A stretch of 64,000 nt of DNA, taken from positions 1-64,000 of the forward strand of contig NIVC01000025.1 in NCBI GenBank assembly GCA_002269645.1, given 5' to 3'. Made by a program: the position numbers and the translations under genes. The DNA comes from Macrostomum lignano. Lineage: Eukaryota. A model generated the notes under the pieces. The model was not told the origin of the DNA. It searched no databases and was given only the letters and a program-made list of their open reading frames with translations. How positions within the stretch are numbered: position 1 is the stretch's first letter; each line of letters starts with the position of its first letter. Below, one piece after another: positions 40,155 through 50,300 of this stretch.

Positions 40155-42203
40155 TTATAAAACCCTTGTACGAGAAAAAGAGGGTGTAAGGCACAACCTT
40201 GACGAGTCTTCTTCCTGATCAGTCTGAGTTGAAAATCTCAGCAGCAGGTCGACAATCACCTGATGCCCAGCGCTCCGAGCAATGTCCAGCGCCGATTGAC
40301 TGGCACTTTTTTGTAGGTCTAGAACTGTCTCCTCGAGATCCGCGCCATTCTCCAGCAGGGCCTTCACGATGTCAGCGTAGCCTCTGCTGGCGGCACGCAT
40401 CAGCAACGTCCAGCCGTCGGTTTCTACCGCTCGGCAGCTCAGGTTAACGAAATTCGCCACAAGCGACAGGCTCAGAGCGATGAAGCCGCCTGCTATGGCT
40501 GCATGGGCGATGCGCTGCGTCTGTTCTGGCGTCAAGTAGCTCAGTATTAACCGGAGCGAGCTGCACGCGTTGTTGGCCGCCTCGCCGTCCAGACAGCGTA
40601 CCAGCCCGTCAGGACTTTGCTTGATTAGCTCTGCAATGTTGAGTCCATTTTCTAGCAGAACAGATACGACTAGCACAGAATTATTTCCAAGAGCGCGCAG
40701 GAGGATCCACTGAGAGTCCGTGATATTCAAATCGGCAGGACGGAATCCCAAACTAATCAAAAGTTGTACAACACGGGATTGTCCGTATCTGGCAGCGTCT
40801 ATCAGACTGTGCCAGATGAGTTGTTTGCGGTCTGCTTCGGATTTAGAGTAAAAATCGAGCAGTTGCTTTGCAATACAGACAGGCGATTCTGTCAGATTAA
40901 CGGCAGGGTTGGTGCCAAGCTGTTGATCATGAACTTCCTCCAACAGAACAGCGGCAACTTGAAAATCGAGCGTTCTGAATGCGCTTTGAACGATCGCTGC
41001 TCGATCTGGAGGATCTAGATCATCTGGGCGGAAAATGCCTAAATTCAGCAGCAGCCGAACAGCCCTCGGATCGCTGGATGTTGCCGCATGGCACAGTGCG
41101 CGTCCTATCAGTTGCTTTCGTTCGTCCACGGTCAGTGAGCAGTGATCAAATCGTTGGCAAAGTTGATGAAAAATTCCTGTAGCGGTTGGATCTTTTGAAG
41201 AAGCCAGCTGGTACAGCACGTGACTTGTTGACTCGTCATTAAAAAAATAATCAACAACCGTAGGAAATTGCAGCAGTTCCCGCAACACAGAATAATTGCG
41301 CGCAGAAGTAGCTGCGTTGGCGCACAGATTCAGCAAGCAGACGTTGCGCTCGTTACCGGAAATGTCTCTGATGGCCGACAGCAGTTTGTTAACAATAGGC
41401 CAAGATGAGCACTCGGCTGCCACGATGACTGCTTGCTTATTGGAACCAGTTTCTACCGGATCTGGATTTGCACCGGCAGTCAAAAGCAGGTCGATAATTT
41501 GTTCTGAGTCGGATTTAGCCGCTAATTGAATCGGTCTGCCCTTCAATCTGGGAAGGCTCGGATCAGCTCCGTGTCCCAGAAGCAGCTCCACAGCTGCGGT
41601 CTGTCCTGAACCAGCAGCTGAGCACAAAGCGTTCGTGAGCGACTGGACGTCTAGAAAGCTCGGGTTAATGTCCGGATTGCAGACTAGCAAACGTACAATG
41701 TCCTCCTGTGTGGAAGCGCCGACTGTACGGTTGAGCGCGCAGTATCTTTCGTCTACTCGATTGTCCCCGGTGGCCCCCGAGCGAAACAGCAGTTCAACAA
41801 TCTGTTTATGACCGAAGCTCGCGGCATAGTAGAGCGGTCGGCAGCCGAACCAGCGCTGCTCCGGCATGTCCGGATCTGCGCCAGCCTTTAGTAGCTCGGC
41901 TACTATGCTCAAATAGCCTCGGCGGGCCGCGAAGCTCAGCGGTGTAGCGTGGATGCGTGGATCCTCGTAGTTGGGATCGGCCGACCAGCGTACGAGAAGG
42001 TGCCGCACCAGAGGTGCCTGGCCGCGAAAGCTGGCCTTTATCAGAGCCTTCTGAATGAGATCCGGCAGTCGAACGTTGGAGTCAATGCTGCCTGCTTGCA
42101 GCAGCAGCTGATCAATCCGTTCTATGCTACCAGCTGCGACTGCACGGTAGATTTCAGTTGCATCTGCTGTGGAAGCTAAAGTTTGCGTTGTCAATATGTA
42201 CAT
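40155..42203 (-). CDS. Ankyrin-repeat protein region, probably the N-terminal part of an ANK-cGLR
   Basis: Multiple ANK repeats (TPLSFAARRGYLSIVAELLKAGAD, PLYYAASFGHKQIVELLF, TLLMRAASRGYADIVKALLENGAD); probable true start is a mini-exon ATGG|GTGAGT at 42660-42657; phase-2 donor AG|GTTGTG at 40198. Confidence 0.85.
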   Translation of the reverse strand: MYILTTQTLASTADATEIYRAVAAGSIERIDQLLLQAGSIDSNVRLPDLIQKALIKASFRGQAPLVRHLLVRWSADPNYEDPRIHATPLSFAARRGYLSIVAELLKAGADPDMPEQRWFGCRPLYYAASFGHKQIVELLFRSGATGDNRVDERYCALNRTVGASTQEDIVRLLVCNPDINPSFLDVQSLTNALCSAAGSGQTAAVELLLGHGADPSLPRLKGRPIQLAAKSDSEQIIDLLLTAGANPDPVETGSNKQAVIVAAECSSWPIVNKLLSAIRDISGNERNVCLLNLCANAATSARNYSVLRELLQFPTVVDYFFNDESTSHVLYQLASSKDPTATGIFHQLCQRFDHCSLTVDERKQLIGRALCHAATSSDPRAVRLLLNLGIFRPDDLDPPDRAAIVQSAFRTLDFQVAAVLLEEVHDQQLGTNPAVNLTESPVCIAKQLLDFYSKSEADRKQLIWHSLIDAARYGQSRVVQLLISLGFRPADLNITDSQWILLRALGNNSVLVVSVLLENGLNIAELIKQSPDGLVRCLDGEAANNACSSLRLILSYLTPEQTQRIAHAAIAGGFIALSLSLVANFVNLSCRAVETDGWTLLMRAASRGYADIVKALLENGADLEETVLDLQKSASQSALDIARSAGHQVIVDLLLRFSTQTDQEEDSSRLCLTPSFSRTRVL

Positions 42204-43058
42204 GTAGACACGCCCGCACTTAATTATACGATTTTAAGAGCTTAATACTTATTCGCAAATGTGTTCACTTTCCCGCCATATGGATGCCTTTTGAAATAAA
42301 AAGCTTCTGGTCTAAAACCTACATGTTATGGTAAGAGCGCATGTAGTCAGTGATGGACGAAACTTTGAATACTGATGGAAAGTATGATTTCATCTGAAAC
42401 TCGACTGCTGTGATGTGATACGGAGAGAGTGAGTGATGAGCAGAGAGTGAGTGATGCGGAGAGTGAGTGATGAGCAGAGAGTGAGTGATTAGCAGTGAGT
42501 GAATAATGAGCGGTGAGTGAGTGATGTAGAGTGTGTGATGCGGAGAGAGTGAGTGATGAGTGACAAGCTATCAGGAGTAATTTTATTTTTAAAAAATTCG
42601 CAATAACATGCTTAGAACGGAAGCACAAAAAATTTTCAATTAAACAATGCACTCACCCATTTGCTGTGATACTTCAGTATGCGGCACTATTAATTAGCAG
42701 CTTTAACCAATATCAAATCAAAATAAGCACAATTTTAAGCGCTGTTTAAGTCAGTTTATGACTGAACAAGAAGAATTAGAAAAAGAAGCAGCCTCATGCC
42801 TATCATAGAAAAAAAAACAATTTTCTTTCAACTAGGAACCATACAGTACTCTAGTGTACATAGGAAATTTGATTGCAGCCAAAAAGCGCGGAAAGGCCTT
42901 TTTGCTTCAGTTTGAATTGTACAGCAATTCAAAGCTATTTTTAGAACAACCGATGAACGATATTAATTGTACAGCTTCCTTTTTCTCGTACATGGAAAGA
43001 TGGAGAGAAAGTACTTGGCACAGTAAGAGACAAACAAAAAGAAATCCTTTAGGTAGCG

Positions 43059-44112
43059 GCTACTCACTAATGACCAGGTGATAATCAGGGAGCGGTTACT
43101 CACTAATGACCAGGTGATAATCAGGGAGCGGCTACTCACTAATGACCAGGTGATAATCAGGGAGCGGCTACTCACTAATGACCAGGTGATAATCAGGGAG
43201 CGGCTACTCACTAATGACCAGGTGATAATCAGGGAGCGGCTACTCACTAATGACCAGGTGATAATCAGGGAGCGGCTACTCACTAATGACCAGGTGATAA
43301 TCAGGGAGCGGCTACTCACTAATGACCAGGTGATAATCAGGGAGCGGTTACTCACTAATGACCAGGTGATAATCAGGGAGCGGTTACTCACTAATGACCA
43401 GGTGATAATTAGGTAGCGGTTACTCACTAATGACCAGGTGATAATTAGGTAGCGGTTACTCACTAATGACCAGGTGATAATCAGGGAGCGGTTACTCACT
43501 AATGACCAGGTGATAATTAGGTAGCGGTTACTCACTAATGACCAGGTGATAATCAGGGAGCGGTTACTCACTAATGACCAGGTGATAATTAGGTAGCGGT
43601 TACTCACTAATGACCAGGTGATAATTAGGTAGCGGTTACTCACTAATGACCAGGTGATAATTAGGTAGCGGTTACTCACTAATGACCAGGTGATAATTAG
43701 GTAGCGGTTACTCACTAATGACCAGGTGATAATTAGGTAGCGGTTACTCACTAATGACCAGGTGATAATTAGGTAGCGGTTACTCACTAATGACCAGGTG
43801 ATAATCAGGGAGCGGTTACTCACTAATGACCAGGTGATAATTAGGTAGCGGTTACTCACTAATGACCAGGTGATAATCAGGGAGCGGTTACTCACTAATG
43901 ACCAGGTGATAATTAGGTAGCGGTTACTCACTAATGACCAGGTGATAATTAGGTAGCGGTTACTCACTAATGACCAGGTGATAATTAGGTAGCGGTTACT
44001 CACTAATGACCAGGTGATAATCAGGGAGCGGTTACTCACTAATGACCAGGTAATAATTAGGGAGCGGTTACTCACTAATGACCAGGTGATAATCAGGGAG
44101 CGGTTACTCATT
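43059..44112. repeat. 36-bp tandem repeat (CTCACTAATGACCAGGTGATAATCAGGGAGCGGTTA)
   Basis: About 29 near-identical copies, two variants. Confidence 0.97.
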
Positions 44113-44564
44113 TAAGAAGTGAGGCGACAATTAAGGAGTCAAAATAAAATTGAAACTATTATTTAATGAACTTTAAGGAATCATTAAGTTGATAAATTAG
44201 ACAAAAGACTTAAATATTTGCTAATTCATATCACACGAAGTTTCGAATGAATTGCATGATCTCTACCAGTACAAAAGTCAATGGATTCTTTGCAAACCGC
44301 GTTTGTATTTTTGCTGTCTTTGGCTAAAGAATTAACTCAAAATTAGCTAATTTTTATTCGGGAAGATAGCGAATAGCTCGTACAACTGATGACGTAATGA
44401 TGTGCAAGATTCCCGACAAATTGTAATGAAAGAAGTCAACATTCTAAATCGTTATGTAGAAAGATTCATAATTTACAAATTAGTGCTTTAAGTAGTCGCA
44501 TTCTGTATTAATGTGGGACTTTGGGCACTAGCTCGTAGAGTGAGTAATAGTGAGCAATGAAACC

Positions 44565-44960
44565 TTGTGAATGAGTGATTAATAACAACACAGCCTTGTG
44601 AATGAATGAATAGCAACAAGGCAATCTTGTGAATGAGTGAAAAGCAACAAGGCAATCCTGTGAATGAGTGAATGGCAACAATGCAGCCTTGTGAATGAGT
44701 GAATGGCAACAACGCAATATTGTGAATGAGTGAATGTCAACAAGGCAATCCTGTGAATGAGTGAATGGCAACAAGGCAATCCTGTGAATGAGTGAATGGC
44801 AACAAGGCAATCTTGTGAATGAGTGAATAGCAACAACGCAATATTGTGAATGAGTGAATGGCAACAACGCAATATTGTGAATGATTGAATAGCAAAAATG
44901 CAGTCTTTTGTCTTTTGAATGAGTGAAAAGCCAAAATTCAGTTTTGTGAATGAGTGAATA
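44565..44960. repeat. 31-bp tandem repeat (TTGTGAATGAGTGAATGGCAACAAGGCAATC)
   Basis: 31-nt period. Confidence 0.93.
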
Positions 44961-45427
44961 AGTACGCACCGTTAATACTATCTACAGATCTACTTACTAC
45001 AAATCTACTGCGGGAAATTCTCTCGCGGGCAAATTGCACTGCGGGCAAATTTCCTGTGGGCAAATCTCGACAGCCAATTCGTCTGCGGGCAATTCTCGTG
45101 TTCCCGTGGTTACTCTCTAGTAGACTTCTGCAAACATGTCCTAAATTTTTTTGCGAGAAATTTTTATTATTATTACTTTCGGGTTTGAGCTCACAATTTG
45201 ACGGCAGTCAAATTTGGACCACGAACTGGCTGGGTGGGCAAGCTGATCCATTTATAGTACTTGATTGAAGATAAACAAGTTATTTTGTTTAGCCAAGCTA
45301 TGCACACTTTTTTGTAAATAAATTAGCTTTAAGTCGGCTCACTGCTCAGTCATTCAAATTCAGGATTGACCTTCCTAGTCTTCTTGGAAATTTATTACCG
45401 TTTCGAATCGAAGCTTAGATTTAAGCA

Positions 45428-46100
45428 ATTTAGCGCCGCAGGCAGGAGTCGAGCGCCAATTTAGCGCCGCAGGCAGCAGTCTAGCGCCAATTTAGCGCCG
45501 CAGGCAGGAGTCTAGCGCCAATTTAGCGCCGCAGGCAGGAGTCTAGCGCTAATTTAGCGCCGCAGGCAGCAGTCTAGCGCCAATTTAGCGCCGCAGGCAG
45601 GAGTCTAGCGCCAATTTGGCGCCGCAGGCAGGAGTCTAGCGCCAATTTGGCGCCGCAGGCAGGAGTCTAGCATCATTGTAGCGCCAATTCAGCTCCACAG
45701 ACAAGAGTCTAGCGCCAATTTAGCGCCGCAGACAATAGTCTAGTGTCATTGTATCGCCAATTTAGCGCCGCAAACAGGAGTCTTGTGCCAATTTAGCGCC
45801 TCAGACAGAAGTCTTGTGCCAATTTAGCGCCTCAGACAGGAGTCTAGCGTCATTGTAGCGCCAATTTAGCGCCTCAGACAGGAGTCTAGCGTCATTGTAG
45901 CGCCAATTTAGCGCCGCAGACAGGAGTCTAGCGCCAATTTAGCGCCGCAGACAGGAGTCTAGCGCCAATTTAGCGCCGCAGACAGGAGTCTAGCGCCAAT
46001 TTAGCGCCGCAGACAGGAGTCTAGCGCCAATTTAGCGTCGCAGACAGGAGTCTAGCGCTAATGTAGCGCCGCAGACAGGAGTCTAGCGCCAGTTTAGCGC
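45428..46100. repeat. 31-bp tandem repeat (AATTTAGCGCCGCAGGCAGGAGTCTAGCGCC)
   Basis: 31-nt period with occasional insertions. Confidence 0.95.
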
Positions 46101-47374
46101 TGTACGTAGCCCGTAGGCAAGAGTCTAGCGCTAATTAAGCGCCATAGAGTCATTGACAGTTTAGCGAAAATTTAACGCCACAAGCGAGATGTTTTGCTGA
46201 AGTCGTGTTAGATCTGCAAGTTTAGATTAAAATTTTTAATTAGTTGAGTGTACGAATAGTTTGGCAACAATTTAGTTGGCCCTTCTGGCCTAAGAATATT
46301 TTACTGTGCCTGCCTTCTCTAGTGGGGGCGGTCGTCTTTCTCTCCCCTTTGGTTGCAGAGCTGTAAGCTCGCAATAACTCGTAATCGTAACTGTAAGATT
46401 TAATTCTATTCTGTACTACGAGCATAGTGCATTGCAAAGATAAAATCGCGAAAAACCCAAGACGCTCTCTTTTCTCTCTGCCCACCAGTAGACTGCTTAC
46501 AATTATAATATATGTATACATATATGCGGCACACCGGGGTCCATTAGAGAACGATTGGACTATAATACAAAAACAGAGCTCTATATTCGCGAAAGATAAG
46601 GGTTATTTTGCTTGGTATGGTTATGATGCCTTACATAGCCATTATTTTATTATTCGAATAAGTACCAGGCGCCAGCATATAAATAGCAAAAAAACAGTAG
46701 CAGCTTCGCTTTGTTTATATTTCTTATATTTGCATTACATTCAGTAGCACCCGCCAGCCAGCCAAGAGATTCTAGAATGCACTGTAAAGTTGCAAAGTAC
46801 AGACAGCACAGAAAGAGAAAAGGGTTTAAATGACTTTCCACAAAGGATTCCACTCCAAAGCTAAAAAATCGTCACTTTAGTAATGTACATCTAAATGTAC
46901 ATCAATTGCCCCCCCCCGCTGATTTGGGTTTAAAAACGGGAAAATCCTACACCAGTTGCCCGCGCATAGTTGACCGACTTTTGTTTTTATGACCCAAACG
47001 AACGAAGTCGGTCAACAAGATTTAATTGGCTGATAGGCAACGGTCCACCCAACTGAAAATTCAGCCAATTACACCCCACCTCTACCCTTGCTTTTATCAG
47101 TCAGCTTATAAAGACAGCCTGACACGTGATTAAAAGGCTAACTTTTTTGCCTAGTTTATTCTACTAGACCATCCTATATACTAAAAATTACTATACTATG
47201 TATCTATGATTCTATTGTGTTTAAGGCACCAGTTTCTTACTGATTTGGATAACGACTTGGCAGAATTTGTGTTATTATTTTAATAGAATATATTCTATAC
47301 TGCTCAATAAAACAGTCAAGATAAGCACTAGAACTGTATAAGGCTAGGAATAAATCGATTCAATATTCGAAACC

Positions 47375-50300
47375 ATGGATTGCAGTATTTTTCTTGATGG
47401 CAAAACCTACTCAAATAATCATAGACTTGTCAAAGAAATAGTAGTGGATGCTACAAGACAATATTTTCCATTGGAAGAATTCCACCCAGATGGAGATAAT
47501 AGACAATATACCATGTTAGACCTTGGCTGTGGAACTTGTGAAAATACAAAATGGTTTGGAAGTCAAGTTGGAGCCAAAAGCATTGTTGGCATTGACTGGG
47601 TAAGTTTTTTAAAGCATATCTTTATCACTAGGCATGCTATGCTTGAATATTTTGAATACTAAAGCAATCTTAAACATAGTAGGCCCTACCATAGTGGCAC
47701 TCTGCCTTGTTTCCTGTCTGAGTTTTGATTTTTTAAGGACCTTATATTTTATAAGTTCAATTCCTTATTTGGCCTCTAAGGAAAATGTTGTAGCTTTAGG
47801 TCTATTTAGCCTAGGCCTATTTTTTAGTTTGAGTTTTGTATATTAAAGGGAAATATAGGCCTAGTTAAGAAGTTCCTAGTTGGGTTTATTATACCTTTTT
47901 AGTTTTTTATGTTTGTTTTTACACAAATAAAGTTAGGCCTATTTTGTTTTAAGGCTATAATATTTTACTTATGAGGCCAAACAAAGAATCTAACTTAAGT
48001 TAGGTCTTTTAAAAGTTAGGATACAATTACGAGGGGTGTCCAAAAAGTAGTGATACTTTTAACCGTAGCTCTCATTCTATAGCTTCCTGTGATTTAAAAT
48101 TTTATGAACTGATAGTGACAAATCTGTTCTACAGACTGCTTTTTTAATTTTTAAAATTGATAATAGAAAACAAAAGTTAGAGGCCTACCCACGAAAGTAA
48201 CAGGACCTGTACCATAGGGTTACACAAACTATATTGAAATTTATAATAGTCGACTTCTGCACTCATTCATTAAGAGGGCATCGATAAATGTCTTGTTTAA
48301 GCAATACCAAAGCCCAATTGTAAAATGATGCAAAATGAAAGAAAAGGACGAGATCATGTGCAGAAAAATAAAGCATTAAATTCATTACTTTACTTGCAAA
48401 CAGAGGAGCTTGCATTTTGCCATTTGTCCATGAGTTCATTGCCCATACTTGACAACACACATGGATGTGCACTCAGTTGTTGCTTAGCAAAGTACCATCT
48501 TCACTCTTTGGGGCGCTAGCCATAGTGCCTCAGAAATTCATGCAAAACTTTGCTCTGCACACGGATCCTTTGTGGTCAGTAAAATGACAGTTTATCGATG
48601 GATTGAGCAGTTCAGCGAGGGAAGGACTGACTTGGCAGATCAGCATCGGATGGGGTGGCCATACATTCATCAACCTGATGTACTGGCGGACTCCATTCTG
48701 AATCTTCTTGACAATGACTCCCAAATGACCAATAGAAAGATTGCTGACAGGTTGGACAAGCCGAAATCTACAATTTATCGAAGCTTACTTGGCATAGATC
48801 TTGTGAAGCTCAGCCTATAATTTGTGTAACTATGGTACATATACTGTTACTTTCATGAGTATAACTTTTGTTCTCTGGTATAAATTTTAAAAATTGAAAA
48901 AGCAGTCTGTAGAAAAGGTTTGCCGCTATCAGTTCATAAAATTTTAAATCACAAGAAGCTATAGAACGAGAGCTACAATTATAAGTATTACTACTTTTTG
49001 GACACCCCTCGTAGTAGTGCTAACAAACTTGAAATGTTAATATTATTTATAGAAAGCAAGTTATTATACTTCATAGCAAGGTAACATTTTATTTGAAATG
49101 TTTGAAAATTGAAAAAAATTGAGAAAAAGGATAGCTAATATTTTTATAGAAGATATAGCAAGTAGGCCTATATCAAATAATTTGATACTAGTAACATAGG
49201 GTTTGTATCATAGAATAAGCCCTACAATAGAATTTTTGGCCTTAAATATATTATAATGATAATAAAGTTTTGCTAACCCCTGATTTAAGTTAGTATTATC
49301 TATAATTAATCAGCATGTTTTATAAGATAAAAATATACTAAGCAGCATTGAAAATTTGCCACTCTACTGTGTATCAATAGGCAATTTCTATTGGACTATT
49401 TTGAAATAAAAGATAAAAGAAAATTGATAAGGATATTTATAGCTTTAATATATCTTATCCTTGTATATTGTTTCCCCATTTCATTCCTTGGCTCAACTCA
49501 AGTCTATTATAGTATAGGCTTAGTTAAGTTACATTACTAACAAAGATTGAAAGACTTTACCTATACTTTCAAAATTGACAACCATAAATAGAATCTTTGT
49601 AATGATAACTTTTTAATGTTTCTAAGTATATTAATCCATTGGCATTAATAGCTCCCAGTTATATAGCTAGGATTCATTAGGGGGTAGGGATAGAGACAAA
49701 AATCTATCTCCAATAGAAACAATGAAAGCAAAATACAAAGGCAAAAAATTTTCCACTTTGGGGAGGAAGGAGGCATGTTCCTAGTGTCCCCCCTTGGCTA
49801 TACCCCTGATAGATCTTTATTAAGCTATTCTTTTTATAAATGTTGTTAGTCTAATTCTAGTGGCATAGTCAGGGGGCCACAGCCCTCCCAATCACCTAGG
49901 GGTGGGGTTGGGCATGGCAAGTACACCATTTTACCCTCGATTTTGAACAAGGAGAACTTCGAAACTGACAAACTCCTCTTCAATATTGACACTCTATGGT
50001 CGGGCACTCAAAATCTACAATCAATATTGACAGATCAAGCTTCATTTTTGACAAACTCTGGTTCAATTTTGACAATGCACGTTTAGTCAACTTCTCCTAG
50101 GAGAATTCGGTAACAAAGTAACCCAATGAAAGCCTGAACGGGGCTGAAGTGAGCTGTGCAAAATCAGCTTATTCTGACTTTGATTTTTGGATCTACAAGT
50201 ATTGATAAAATTTATTTTCTCTATCCTTTACACACAGACTAAAATAGCCTGACTGGTTGGGCTGCAAAGTCTGATTCTATTTTGACAGAGTTGCTTCAAA

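Noticed and set aside
42963-44111. 382-aa SNRYLIITWSLV repeat ORF, and CRISPR-like regularity
   Set aside because: Pure 36-bp tandem repeat with no unique spacers; eukaryotic context; no cas genes
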